Counted from the first letter of the stretch, positions 34,475 to 43,903 are shown. The stretch: DNA of 61,896 nt from an uncultured Candidatus Saccharibacteria bacterium (GCA_965231155.1 OZ246418.1:746194-808089); one strand, 5' to 3'. A program made the numbers and translations. The notes: a model not told the origin generated them from the sequence alone.

Positions 34475-35745
34475 GTAAGATTCTCGAATCCCTCGAGCGC
34501 CTTGGCGTGACGGTGATCACGAATCTTTTCCAAAGCCTTGGCTTCAATCTGTCGGATACGCTCGCGAGTGACGCCAAATACCTTACCCACTTCTTCTAAA
34601 GTATGAGTCACACCGTCCTCGAGTCCAAAACGCATGGAAAGAATCTTCTGCTCGCGCTCAGATAAATCGTTCATAATATCCTTAATCAGATCCTGTAAAA
34701 GTGAGCGAGCGGTACTCTGAGCCGGAGTGACGTTTTTCTCATCAGCAATAAAATCGGAAAGCGTGGAATCCTCCTCGTCGCCAACTGGCGCTTCGATAGA
34801 AAGCACTTCTTGGGAAATCTTCTGAATTTGGTGAACTTTTTCGACATCGATACCCATCTCCACGGCGATTTCTTCCGGCAGCGGATCGCGGCCAAGCTCC
34901 TGAAGTAAGGCGCGACGAGCCTGAGTGTATTTCGACATTGTCTCCACCATGTGCACTGGAATACGGATTGTACGAGAGAAGTCAGCCAGGGCACGGGTGA
35001 TAGCCTGACGAATCCACCAAGTGGCGTAGGTTGAAAATTTGAAACCCTTGCGATAATCAAACTTATCTACGGCACGAGAGAGACCAATATTTCCTTCCTG
35101 AATCAAATCCAGAATACTCAAATTTGGCGTGCGATTCACATATCGCTTGGCGATGGAAACCACGAGACGCAAGTTGGCCTTCATTAAGGCCTGGCGAGCA
35201 TCCTCATCGCCTTTTTCAGCGCGCTTAGCCAGATCTTTTTCTTCGTCTTTAGTTAAAAGTGGTGTACGACCAATTTCTTTAAGATAGACCTGGACCGCGT
35301 CCGGCACATCTCCTTCAATACGCGACGCATTCTCTAGCTCCTTCTGAGTTACTTCATTCTCCTTCGAAGTAATATCCAAAAGACTTCCCGTCTCAATAAT
35401 TTTTATATTTGCCTTGTCGAGGCGATCGTAAATCTGGTCAAGCAGAAGAATGTTGTCCTCAATATTGGGAAATGAAAAAAGAATTTCGTTATCGGTGACG
35501 AATCCACGAGGACGACCGCGTTCGATAAGTTCGGTCAGTGCCTGCTCATCAAGCTTCCCACCTCCCTTAGAAGATTTTTTAGAAGCTTTTGAGGCAACTT
35601 TCTTGGTCGCTTTTTTGACTACTTTTTTGGCCGGCTTTTTAACCGCCTTTTTCTTTTTGACAACCACTTTCTTTTTGGCCGGCTTTTTTATTTTCTTCAC
35701 CGCACTCTTCTTCACAATCTTTTTATTCTTTTTTTTCATTTTCAT
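34471..35745 (-). CDS. rpoD: primary sigma-70 factor RpoD with a lysine-rich N-terminal tail
   Basis: Regions 1.2-4 are recognisable ([55 protein letters not shown]). The first ~60 aa are K/A/V repeats. An alternative leaderless start is ATG at 35739. Confidence 0.95.
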   Translation of the reverse strand: MKMKKKNKKIVKKSAVKKIKKPAKKKVVVKKKKAVKKPAKKVVKKATKKVASKASKKSSKGGGKLDEQALTELIERGRPRGFVTDNEILFSFPNIEDNILLLDQIYDRLDKANIKIIETGSLLDITSKENEVTQKELENASRIEGDVPDAVQVYLKEIGRTPLLTKDEEKDLAKRAEKGDEDARQALMKANLRLVVSIAKRYVNRTPNLSILDLIQEGNIGLSRAVDKFDYRKGFKFSTYATWWIRQAITRALADFSRTIRIPVHMVETMSKYTQARRALLQELGRDPLPEEIAVEMGIDVEKVHQIQKISQEVLSIEAPVGDEEDSTLSDFIADEKNVTPAQSTARSLLQDLIKDIMNDLSEREQKILSMRFGLEDGVTHTLEEVGKVFGVTRERIRQIEAKALEKIRDHRHAKALEGFENLT

Positions 35746-35834
35746 TATTTTAACAACTCACGAGCGAGGAAACATTTTAGTAACGGATTGTGAAAGATAT
35801 AAAAGATGTCCTATCTTTCACAATCCGTTACGTT

Positions 35835-37559
35835 TTATATACTCCACGACTCTTTCAATTCTTCTAGTGCTTTTCGAAGCGAGACCTCGTCCCCATCTCG
35901 TTCTGCATTCTTCACCTCCCATTCCAATTTCTTTCGGTACTCCTTCAGAAACTCATGTTTTAAATTTTTCTGTAACTCTGCGAATTCTTTTTCGCTTACC
36001 TCACCGCCTGGCAGGAAGTAGATCGTATTTAAAAGTTCATCCAATCCGGGATCGGTCGAGTACTTCTCCCCTTTTTCTAAAAGAGCAAACACTCCCTGAT
36101 ACTCTTCTGGCAAAAAACGTAGATTCTCTTTAATCATCTCTAGTCGCTTCAGCGTAATCGCTCCTGACAACAAGTGAATACTCAGAAGCTCTCGACGAGA
36201 AAGAGATTTTAGATTGATGGCGACCAGTGGCACCGCTTCTACCTTCCGTTCATTTTCGGTCGAAACCGAAGAAAGTTGAGCCATCTCTTCGGAAAGGGTA
36301 GTAGGATCGATACTGACTCGACGACCCAGTTCACGTAGCCAAGCCTCACGTTCAATCGGACTCGAAAGATTTTTTATTTTCGCCAGAGCAAGGCGTACTC
36401 CCTTTTTCAGTTGGGATATATGAGCACTCCCCGTCGCGCCACCATGGCTCGTAGGAAGATAACGGTCAAAGTAAAACTGAATCGCTGGCGCCGCGTTATT
36501 GATAAGGGTGAGAAACCCCTGGGGGTCTTTCTGCACCGCTTCGGCAGCATCTTTAAAAGTGCCGGGCGCGAACGTCACAACTCTTACATTAAAGTCATTT
36601 GCGAGCGCCAAGTCAATAGCCCGCTCCCCGGCCTGGAGTCCCGCTTCATCACTATCGAAATTCAAAATCAGTTGATCGGTGAGTTTATGGAGAAGTTTTA
36701 GATGATCCAACGTCATCGCCGTTCCCGAAGTGGCTACCACATTTTTCACCCCAGCTTGATAACTCATAATACAGTCCATCTGACCTTCAACCAGAATCGC
36801 CTTTCCCTGCTCACGAATAGCTGACTTAGCCTTGTGGAGACCGTACAAAACTCGAGACTTCACAAAAATTGGTGTCTCGGGAGAGTTCACATACTTACCC
36901 ATCTCGCCAGTGTCGAACTGTGGCAAAATCCGGCCAGTGAAGCCAACGGTCTTTCCCACTTGGTTCAAGATCGGAAACATAATTCGACCGCGGAATCGAT
37001 CGAGATGCATGCCGTTGGCATTGCGAAACACCAAACCAGCACGAATCAACGCTTCCTGACGAAAACCAAGATTCACCAAATGAAGCGTCAGCGCTTCTGG
37101 CTTATTCGGCGCCCAACCAATATCGAACTCATCAATCGTTTCTTCTTTCAGTCCACGCTCTTTGAGATATACCTTTGCCACCTCCGCAGTCTGCAACTGA
37201 TTTTTGAAAAATCGGCGCGCTTCATCGTTGATGTCATACAAAAGTCCAAACTGCTCATAGTCCGCCGGGCTCATTTTTTTCAGCTCCACACCTGCTTTCT
37301 CAGCCAGAACTCTTAAGGCCTCGCCAAACTCCAAGTTGTCGTGACGCATCACAAAAGAAAAAATGTCGCCACCTAAAGAGCAGCCGAAGCAGTGCCAGGT
37401 CTGACGATCGGGAGAGATGCTAAAAGAAGGACTCTTTTCGTGATGGAAGGGACAGAGCGCCTTAAAATTCTTGCCGGCCGGCATAACCGTCAGATACCCG
37501 CGGAGGACATCAACGATATCCAACTTGGCCTTAATCTCTTCAGTGGAGGAACGCATCAT
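35835..37559 (-). CDS. dnaG: DNA primase DnaG
   Basis: Zinc finger CPFHHEKSPSFSISPDRQTWHCFGC and a TOPRIM domain (ILVEGQMD...). Confidence 0.9.
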   Translation of the reverse strand: MMRSSTEEIKAKLDIVDVLRGYLTVMPAGKNFKALCPFHHEKSPSFSISPDRQTWHCFGCSLGGDIFSFVMRHDNLEFGEALRVLAEKAGVELKKMSPADYEQFGLLYDINDEARRFFKNQLQTAEVAKVYLKERGLKEETIDEFDIGWAPNKPEALTLHLVNLGFRQEALIRAGLVFRNANGMHLDRFRGRIMFPILNQVGKTVGFTGRILPQFDTGEMGKYVNSPETPIFVKSRVLYGLHKAKSAIREQGKAILVEGQMDCIMSYQAGVKNVVATSGTAMTLDHLKLLHKLTDQLILNFDSDEAGLQAGERAIDLALANDFNVRVVTFAPGTFKDAAEAVQKDPQGFLTLINNAAPAIQFYFDRYLPTSHGGATGSAHISQLKKGVRLALAKIKNLSSPIEREAWLRELGRRVSIDPTTLSEEMAQLSSVSTENERKVEAVPLVAINLKSLSRRELLSIHLLSGAITLKRLEMIKENLRFLPEEYQGVFALLEKGEKYSTDPGLDELLNTIYFLPGGEVSEKEFAELQKNLKHEFLKEYRKKLEWEVKNAERDGDEVSLRKALEELKESWSI

Positions 37560-37603
37560 GCTCCTATCTTACGCTGAACAAAGCCGGAATGACAATTCCG
37601 AAG

Positions 37604-38557
37604 CTAAAGTTCAGCTAACCCTTCTTGCAATACCTTCAGGAAATCTTCATGGGGAATCTGGGAGGGTTTTACGCCAACTGGGTTTAGTCCGCCATTCTGG
37701 ATGGAGTTCGTAGCTGGATCATAGTACCAGTCTGGTACTTCCTTAATTCTTCCGCGACTCGTCAGTTGTCGCATATCGAGAGGATAGATCTTTTTCTGAT
37801 ACTGCATCTCAGCGGCGCGAATTTTCGCGGCGAGCATTCGCAAATCGATTCTCTTCGTTGGTCGAGTAAGCACATTTACATGACCAGAAGAAAGCTTCTG
37901 CACTACCACATCGTAACGGCCCCCCTGACCCGAACGAAGATAGCCAGCTAGACTACTATTGTCTGAAGCGATGAGAACTACTTTTAACTTCTTATCACGT
38001 TGGTGAACGGTCAATTCTTCGGCCTCACCGCTCAACATCTTGTTCGCAAACTCTTCTGGAAGTTCTTTCGTTCTTCGATACTCCTCCGCATAGTGTGCTT
38101 CAAAAAAAGGCAAAACAAGTTCCACCACACGAGATGGGTTCTCGGCGAAATGACGGTTCAGAGCTACCACCAACCCAGAAAGACCAAACGCACGATCTAA
38201 CGCATCAGTAGAGATAATTCCTTTACCGTAGAAATCATCGCGACGCGCATACTCGAAAAGTTTGGCGAGGGCGGGATCGTCGGTGAGACTTAGTGCGGCG
38301 GCAATAAGATCGGTCGCCGTTGTCTGCACCTTCGAAGCGTGATGATCGAAAGGACCAGCTCCGATATCAATCAGAAAATATCCTTGAGCGCGAAGTTTCT
38401 CTTCAGTCTCTCCTTCCGGCATTAACTGCCAGAAATCCATTTTTGCAGTCGAAACTCCCGGAAAAAATTTCTCGCCGAACTTCTTCAGCAAAAAAACAGC
38501 GATCAGCGTATCTGGCTGCGCCCTATTGGGTAGAACAATTGTGGTATACTTCTCCAT
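37604..38557 (-). CDS. hypothetical protein (317 aa; a GAGPFDHH motif hints at a metal-dependent phosphoesterase)
   Basis: A clean ORF, but I cannot assign a family from sequence alone. Confidence 0.55.
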   Translation of the reverse strand: MEKYTTIVLPNRAQPDTLIAVFLLKKFGEKFFPGVSTAKMDFWQLMPEGETEEKLRAQGYFLIDIGAGPFDHHASKVQTTATDLIAAALSLTDDPALAKLFEYARRDDFYGKGIISTDALDRAFGLSGLVVALNRHFAENPSRVVELVLPFFEAHYAEEYRRTKELPEEFANKMLSGEAEELTVHQRDKKLKVVLIASDNSSLAGYLRSGQGGRYDVVVQKLSSGHVNVLTRPTKRIDLRMLAAKIRAAEMQYQKKIYPLDMRQLTSRGRIKEVPDWYYDPATNSIQNGGLNPVGVKPSQIPHEDFLKVLQEGLAEL

Positions 38558-38622
38558 TTTTGTTTTCTGGATTATAACGAAATATTTGATTCTTGTCTAT
38601 GTTTGGTTTATTATCATGACAC

Positions 38623-39156
38623 ATGAAACGCGTATTTTTCTCTTTCCACGTCCCACAGGAGAGGGCCGAGAAGTTAATCGAAGGACTCAATGCTAAAAAT
38701 CTGCCGATAGTTCTTTATCCTTCAGAAAATCTCCACATCACACTGAAGTTTATCGGCGAAGTGACCGATCTTGATTTAGAAAAAGTCATCGCTCTTGGCG
38801 AGTCGGTAGCAAAAAATGCGCCAAGTCGAAAGATTGATTTTATCCCACGACATTTCTCTATTGAAAATGGCCGATTGCGAATTGGCGTAAAGCTTAATGA
38901 CGATATGATTAATCTTCATCGCAGTATGACCGAAGCACTTTTAAATGCACGGATTGGAAAGATTGATAACCGACCATACGCACCACACATCACGATTGGC
39001 CGACCGGGAGAACGTTTCAATATTGATGAGTTAAATATGTTTGAGACCGAACGATTTTTGTTTCCACTCACCGAGTTTGGCCTCTACGAAAGTCAGCCGG
39101 GTTCGCAGAATCTTGGTGAGTACTCTTTGATTCGTAGTTTCGGACTACAGAAATAA
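38623..39156 (+). CDS. 2H-phosphoesterase: RNA 2',3'-cyclic phosphodiesterase / 2'-5' RNA ligase (LigT/ThpR family)
   Basis: Two HxT/S motifs: HITLKF and HITIGR. Confidence 0.8.
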   Translation: MKRVFFSFHVPQERAEKLIEGLNAKNLPIVLYPSENLHITLKFIGEVTDLDLEKVIALGESVAKNAPSRKIDFIPRHFSIENGRLRIGVKLNDDMINLHRSMTEALLNARIGKIDNRPYAPHITIGRPGERFNIDELNMFETERFLFPLTEFGLYESQPGSQNLGEYSLIRSFGLQK

Positions 39157-39245
39157 AAAGAGCCTCGATCCCGAAGGAAAGAAGCTCTAATGGTTTTGGA
39201 GAGAGTTTATAAAGAGTCTCTCCGTTCTCTTGCGCTCAACTGCGC

Positions 39246-39998
39246 TTAGGCCGCCACCTCGACGCTAGCCGACTTCATCCGCTGAATCCCTTCGAGGATC
39301 CCCGGGACGAAGCCGTTGTTGTCGCGGTCGAGTCCTGAAGTGGGCGTCTGTGCCAGCAACGATTCCTCGGACGGATCCGAGAAGTCGTACTGACTCATGA
39401 AGCGCCGCTCCAACAGCACGTAGTGGGCAGTGCCGTTCTGGATTCTCACTCCGAGATTCCAGATCACGACCTTGCCATTCGACTCGACCTTGACCAGGTA
39501 GCTCCCCAACTTGGCGTCGGGAATCTTGTCCTCGGTCTGCGCCTTCTTGTTGCGGTCGAGGACGACGAACGCACAGCCGTTGGTCGACGCCGGCAGTCCG
39601 AGATCGAACCCGCGGAAACGGTTACCGCCGACGTAGTAGGCGCGAAACGCCCCCTGCTCGGTCTTGGCCGTTACGGTCGGCGTGAGGATGTCCGTCCCCA
39701 CCCGCATCCGCCCCAGAACATCGAGGTGAATCGGAATGAATTCCTGGGACTCGCAGAATCCACGCTGGTCCGGAGTGGCGCGGGTTACGCCAGTCTCGGA
39801 AAGCGGAGCCACATTCATGGCCTGCCACTTGCCTTCGACTTCTTTCGGGACGAACTCGACCTTCCAGCCAGCCATCAGGAAACGAAGCCCCTGAGACTGC
39901 CGGATTTTCGACTCGTGAGCGAAGTACGTTTTACCGTCGTCGCCCTCGATGAAGAAAACGCCCTTGGTGTTGTTGGCGATCTTTACGGTACCTTTCAT
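39246..39998 (-). CDS. GC-rich hypothetical protein with an N-terminal cold-shock/OB-like domain (250 aa)
   Basis: GTVKIANNTKGVFFIEGDDGKTYFAHESKI resembles the CspA GTVKWFN..KGFGFI....D.FVH pattern. The remaining 180 aa are unrecognised. GAAGGAG precedes the ATG. Confidence 0.6.
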   Translation of the reverse strand: MKGTVKIANNTKGVFFIEGDDGKTYFAHESKIRQSQGLRFLMAGWKVEFVPKEVEGKWQAMNVAPLSETGVTRATPDQRGFCESQEFIPIHLDVLGRMRVGTDILTPTVTAKTEQGAFRAYYVGGNRFRGFDLGLPASTNGCAFVVLDRNKKAQTEDKIPDAKLGSYLVKVESNGKVVIWNLGVRIQNGTAHYVLLERRFMSQYDFSDPSEESLLAQTPTSGLDRDNNGFVPGILEGIQRMKSASVEVAA

Positions 39999-40095
39999 GA
40001 CTCGACTCCTTCTGGCTTACGACTCTACGCCGCAGCCTGTCTATAGGGTTGATGCCGCTTTTAACTAGTTGAGCACTTCTCGATGATCTGAATAT

Positions 40096-40123
40096 ATTAT
40101 AGCATTTATTATGCAAATGTCAA
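40096..40123 (-). promoter_or_regulatory. consensus sigma-70 promoter for 39246-39998
   Basis: TTGACA (40123-40118), 16-nt spacer, TATAAT (40101-40096); about 90-nt 5' UTR. Confidence 0.6.
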
Positions 40124-40161
40124 TAATAGGAAATCTTCCTACTACTGAATAGAAAACAAAG

Positions 40162-40197
40162 AAAAAAGGCCTAGCTGGATTGCTCCAGGCTAGGCCT
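40162..40197 (-). terminator. intrinsic terminator of 40225-41295
   Basis: The minus strand reads AGGCCTAGCCTGG-agcaat-CCAGCTAGGCCT followed by TTTTTT. Confidence 0.75.
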
Positions 40198-40224
40198 TGT
40201 GGGGTGGGGTTGTATCTGAAACCC

Positions 40225-41295
40225 CTAGTTCCTCCTTTCCGTAAGATTGATGAAAGCGCGACGCAGGTCGCGGTGGAATCGCGCCGCGAGACGCTGTTTC
40301 GCGGGCGGCAGGGCGCTGATGGCCGGCGCCTCGAAGCGCAGCCACTTGGCGGGGAGCCAAGTCCCAGATCGGACGATCTCGGTGTAGTCGATGTTGAAGG
40401 CTTCCAAGGGGGCAACGATCGCTCCCTTCTCCGTCTTCCGGACTTCGACAAGCAGCCCAAACGGCTGCCGGTACGCGACCCCGACCTTCTCGCCAGGGAC
40501 GTACAACGCGACCTTCCCCGCTTCGGCCTTCAAGGCGTCGAACAGGGTTGCCGTTGCCTTCTTCGCGAACGGCTGAAAGCCCGCACGGAACTTCTCGCGC
40601 TCCGCCTTCTGCCGAGCTTCCTCGGCATCACGTTCGGCCTTGATCTTCTCGAACTCGGCGTTCCAGAAGACATCGGCCTTCGCCTTCAACGTCTGGATGA
40701 CGAGGTCGCCACCCGGACAGTGAGAGATGAAGCGCTTCGCCTTGCCACCGAGAACCGGCAACTTGACCGTCAGGTGCTTGTTGGTCGGCGACACCTCGAA
40801 CACTTCCTGAAGGAAGGGCTGGTTGACGTAGGAGACGTCTCCCGGGCGAAGCCACTTGAGACACTCCGTGCCGAGATGGGCCAACTGTCGCAACCCGAAC
40901 ACGTTCGCCGGGTACATCTCGATGGCCGCGGTCATGAACTTCAGGACCATCAAGTTTCGCTTGATCGCGACCTCGGCCGGGGCGATCGTCGGTGGGTTCG
41001 GGTTGCGGGGATCGAAGTACTCACAGATCTGACCTCCCGCATCCTTTTCCCACTGCGCGATTTCCGGCAAGTAGGCATCCCGGACTTCGGCATCTTCTAG
41101 TCCGAGCTGGTCGGCGTTCTTCTCGAACTCCTCGCGTCCGACAAGCAGATTGTCAGCTACCGATTCCTCGATCTCCTTCCGGTCCTGCCTGCTCGGAACC
41201 CTGGAACGACTGATCGTCTTCTTCGGACGGGCAGTTTGGTTGTCCGCAGACGGTTCAGTAATTGCTGCTGCACGCAGAGATGTGACTTTCGACAT
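40225..41295 (-). CDS. GC-rich hypothetical protein (356 aa) with a central charged coiled-coil segment
   Basis: GAAGGAG lies 6 nt before the ATG, and the gene has its own promoter and terminator. No family recognised. Confidence 0.6.
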   Translation of the reverse strand: MSKVTSLRAAAITEPSADNQTARPKKTISRSRVPSRQDRKEIEESVADNLLVGREEFEKNADQLGLEDAEVRDAYLPEIAQWEKDAGGQICEYFDPRNPNPPTIAPAEVAIKRNLMVLKFMTAAIEMYPANVFGLRQLAHLGTECLKWLRPGDVSYVNQPFLQEVFEVSPTNKHLTVKLPVLGGKAKRFISHCPGGDLVIQTLKAKADVFWNAEFEKIKAERDAEEARQKAEREKFRAGFQPFAKKATATLFDALKAEAGKVALYVPGEKVGVAYRQPFGLLVEVRKTEKGAIVAPLEAFNIDYTEIVRSGTWLPAKWLRFEAPAISALPPAKQRLAARFHRDLRRAFINLTERRN

Positions 41296-41429
41296 GACGT
41301 TCTCCTTCGATGGTTGAGGTTCGCTTTTGAGAGCGAAGTCCTAGGGTTGCGTAACTTCTGGCGTGTGCGTTTTCCTCCTTTTATTTCGCACGGTTAGGTA
41401 TTCAGTTGTGGCAATTCTGACTGTTTATT

Positions 41430-41458
41430 ATTATAAACTAAAATAAAAAGCCTGTCAA
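41430..41458 (-). promoter_or_regulatory. consensus sigma-70 promoter for 40225-41295
   Basis: TTGACA (41458-41453), 17-nt spacer, TATAAT (41435-41430); about 128-nt 5' UTR. Confidence 0.6.
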
Positions 41459-41477
41459 TACAATGTATCGCAGGCTT
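41441..41477 (-). terminator. hairpin terminator of the beta-CASP gene, overlapping the next promoter's -35
   Basis: The minus strand reads AAGCCTG-N16-CAGGCTT followed by TTTATTTT. The TTGACA lies in the loop and 3' arm. Confidence 0.5.
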
Positions 41478-42894
41478 ATAACGTATAAACTTCTCCTAAC
41501 TGAACGGCAGTTGTCGGTCTTGGGGATTCAGAAACGATGTCCTCCATCGCCTCTTTATCTCCGTGGACCGTCAGTACACGTCCATTCGGAACCACCTCCT
41601 CAATTGTCTGGAGGATCTCCTGCCCATCCATATGGGCGGAGAGATGGAATCTAAGAATTCGAGCGTTCACTCGAATCTCTTCCCCATCAATCATCATGCT
41701 ATCTCCAGGTCGCATCTTTGAGAGATGGTGACCGGTCGAGCATGGATCCTGATGGGCGGTCAGAGAAATTCGATTCGAAGGATCTGGAGCAAGACGCTTC
41801 AGATACCCGCGCGAATACCCATGACTATACATGCCGTGCGGAGCGATGAGCACCGCCGGCTGGGAGTCTCGGAGGACACGCTCTCTCATTGCGTGACTCC
41901 GCATGAAGTAACGCTCGAGTCGACGCTCCTCTTTTTCCACGCCCATGGCATAGAGCTTGGTAACATGCCGAGCGGCGCCGTCGATATAGACCGGCCACCT
42001 CTCGGTGATTCCATAGGCTTCGAGGATTGCCAGGATCTCCTGCGACCGACCGATGGTCAGTGCACCGAAGAGAAACTTCCCACCTCCTCGGAGACACTGC
42101 TCGACTTCAGTTGCAAGATAGTCACAGACTTCGAACCGAGGTGGCGCTGAACGACCACCATAGGTCGACTCAGTGATGAGATAGTCAACAGACTGTCCCT
42201 TCGGCATCTCGGCCGGGGCAACGGTCTGCTGTGAACTCCGACTCATATCTCCGGTGACGAAGATACGGACCGGCGAACCACCTGTCTGGATTGTCACCAA
42301 AGCACTCACTGCCCCTCGAATGTGTCCAGCCCCGAAGAACTGAATCGAAAGCCAGGACTCTGGTTCAACGATCTGCCCTTCGCTCACGTAGCGAATTCGA
42401 GGATAGAGCCACTGTACATCTTCCTCTTCGAAGAGTGGTTTCTGTCCTCGACTCCGAGCGATGCGGATCCCATCATTCCAGATCCATTCACTGATTTGAT
42501 GTGTTCCCCGCGTCATGAAAAACTGCGCCTCAGGAAACTTCCTTCCAAGCCAGGGAAACGCCGCGATGTGATCAACATGAGGATGCGTCCCCACGACGTA
42601 AAGCCGTTTCAGACTCTTCAGTACATCATACGTCGGGAGATGATCCCGACCGGCAAGCGCCAGATACTCCGACGAACCTTCGATTGGTAAGTCGGCTCTC
42701 CGGATAATCCTTTTTGGGGAAAGTTCCGGGGCTGTGATGATTTTTCGCTCTTCTCTTTCAACCCGGTCTGGGTAAAGACCGAAGTCGAACAGCACCCCCA
42801 CATCACCACACCGCAGAAGATGAGCGCTCCCTCCAATTCCGGGCAGGACTCCTCGAGGATCGAGGGCTCCACCCAAAGCAATGAACTCGACCAT
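41476..42894 (-). CDS. beta-CASP family metallo-beta-lactamase nuclease (RNase J / CPSF73-like)
   Basis: HPHVDHIAAF (HxHxDH), GAGHIRGA, ITESTYG, HLSAHMDGQE and TVHGD motifs. The start is taken at ATG 42894, with GGAGG 6 nt upstream, rather than the track GTG at 42924. Confidence 0.8.
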   Translation of the reverse strand: MVEFIALGGALDPRGVLPGIGGSAHLLRCGDVGVLFDFGLYPDRVEREERKIITAPELSPKRIIRRADLPIEGSSEYLALAGRDHLPTYDVLKSLKRLYVVGTHPHVDHIAAFPWLGRKFPEAQFFMTRGTHQISEWIWNDGIRIARSRGQKPLFEEEDVQWLYPRIRYVSEGQIVEPESWLSIQFFGAGHIRGAVSALVTIQTGGSPVRIFVTGDMSRSSQQTVAPAEMPKGQSVDYLITESTYGGRSAPPRFEVCDYLATEVEQCLRGGGKFLFGALTIGRSQEILAILEAYGITERWPVYIDGAARHVTKLYAMGVEKEERRLERYFMRSHAMRERVLRDSQPAVLIAPHGMYSHGYSRGYLKRLAPDPSNRISLTAHQDPCSTGHHLSKMRPGDSMMIDGEEIRVNARILRFHLSAHMDGQEILQTIEEVVPNGRVLTVHGDKEAMEDIVSESPRPTTAVQLGEVYTL

Positions 42895-42947
42895 AGACGA
42901 CCTCCAAGAAACACTTTTTTGCACGACAGAATCGTGTGGCTTGTCTA

Positions 42948-42976
42948 TAAATACAATAAATTATACTATAGGTCAA
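42948..42976 (-). promoter_or_regulatory. promoter for the beta-CASP gene (divergent from the suhB-like promoter)
   Basis: TTGACC (42976-42971), 17-nt spacer, TATTTA (42953-42948). Confidence 0.45.
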
Positions 42977-42978
42977 TA

Positions 42979-43806
42979 ATGGAACAGCCAAGCCGTCTAG
43001 AGAAAAAACTACCCCCGGAATACCGAACTTTCGCGACTAATCTTGCTCGTCAGGCCGGAGAAATTATCCGCACTAATTTTAAGTTAGGAATGGCCAAGGA
43101 ATGGAAGCGAGGAGAAATTGATTCTCCGGTTACGGCCACGGATATTGCTATTAACCAACTGATTATTGATCAGGTGAAATCCAGATTTCCAGATCATGGG
43201 ATCATTGGCGAAGAACAGAGCGATTTTGAAGAAAGTCAGGAGTTTAAGTGGATCTGCGATCCAGTTGATGGGACAACTCCCTTCTCTCATGGAGTGCCCA
43301 CTTGCGCTTTCTCGCTTGCGCTCACAAAAAATGGAGAAAGCCTCCTTGGCGTAGTCTATGACCCGTTTATCGACCGTCTCTTCACAGCCGAAAAAGATGG
43401 TGGTGCATTTTTGAACGACTCGCCTATCCACGTTTCTACGGAGACCACTCTTAGTAGAAATGTGATGGGATTAGAGTTGCCACCTGTACTATCATATAAG
43501 TTTCCACAACTCCGCAGTGAACTCTCAAAAAGAAATATGAAAGTTTTAACTGTTGGTTCAACTATCTACATGGGCGCTCTGGTGGCAAGTGGTGAATTCG
43601 TAGCCAATATTTTCTCTGGAGATAGACCACATGACGCCGCGGCTTTAAAGATTTTAGTCGAAGAAGCTGGTGGCAAAGTAACCAATCTTTGGGGAGAGGA
43701 TCAGCGTTACGACCACGATATCCAAGGAATTCTGGTCAGCAACGGTCTGGTCCACGATCAATTACTAGAAATAATTAGGGATAGCAAAGGGGAAGAGGTC
43801 GTTTAG
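42979..43806 (+). CDS. inositol monophosphatase family protein (SuhB/CysQ-like)
   Basis: Motifs GEE...DPVDGT..F and a WD-like C-terminal motif. The start is taken at MEQPSRLEKK, with TACTAT ending 9 nt upstream. Confidence 0.85.
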   Translation: MEQPSRLEKKLPPEYRTFATNLARQAGEIIRTNFKLGMAKEWKRGEIDSPVTATDIAINQLIIDQVKSRFPDHGIIGEEQSDFEESQEFKWICDPVDGTTPFSHGVPTCAFSLALTKNGESLLGVVYDPFIDRLFTAEKDGGAFLNDSPIHVSTETTLSRNVMGLELPPVLSYKFPQLRSELSKRNMKVLTVGSTIYMGALVASGEFVANIFSGDRPHDAAALKILVEEAGGKVTNLWGEDQRYDHDIQGILVSNGLVHDQLLEIIRDSKGEEVV

Positions 43807-43854
43807 ATACACTTCTCGTGGTGAATCATTAAAGTAGATCTTGTTTATTTTATT

Positions 43855-43873
43855 TCCGCGAATATTTCTCATT
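43855..43873. promoter_or_regulatory. degenerate third copy of the putative Zur box, over the -35 region of the metal ABC transporter operon
   Basis: TCCGCGAATATTTCTCATT matches AACGCGAATCATTCGCATT at 14/19 positions. The TATACT -10 is at 43889-43894. Confidence 0.4.
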
Positions 43874-43903
43874 TAAAAAAGAATAGGGTATACTCATTCC
43901 ATC

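Noticed and set aside
35450-36133. A 227-aa plus-strand ORF spanning the rpoD 5' end and the dnaG 3' end.
   Set aside because: It is a Phe/Leu-rich mirror image of the lysine-rich (AAA/AAG) sigma N-terminus. It crosses an intergenic region and two well-supported minus-strand genes.
39423-41100. Long plus-strand ORFs (39423-40046, 207 aa; 40180-41100, 306 aa) antisense to the island genes.
   Set aside because: Their products are Arg/Leu/Gly/Pro-rich, which is typical of the antisense frame of GC-rich coding DNA. They have no promoter or SD in front. The minus-strand genes have promoter, SD and terminator signals and plausible protein composition.
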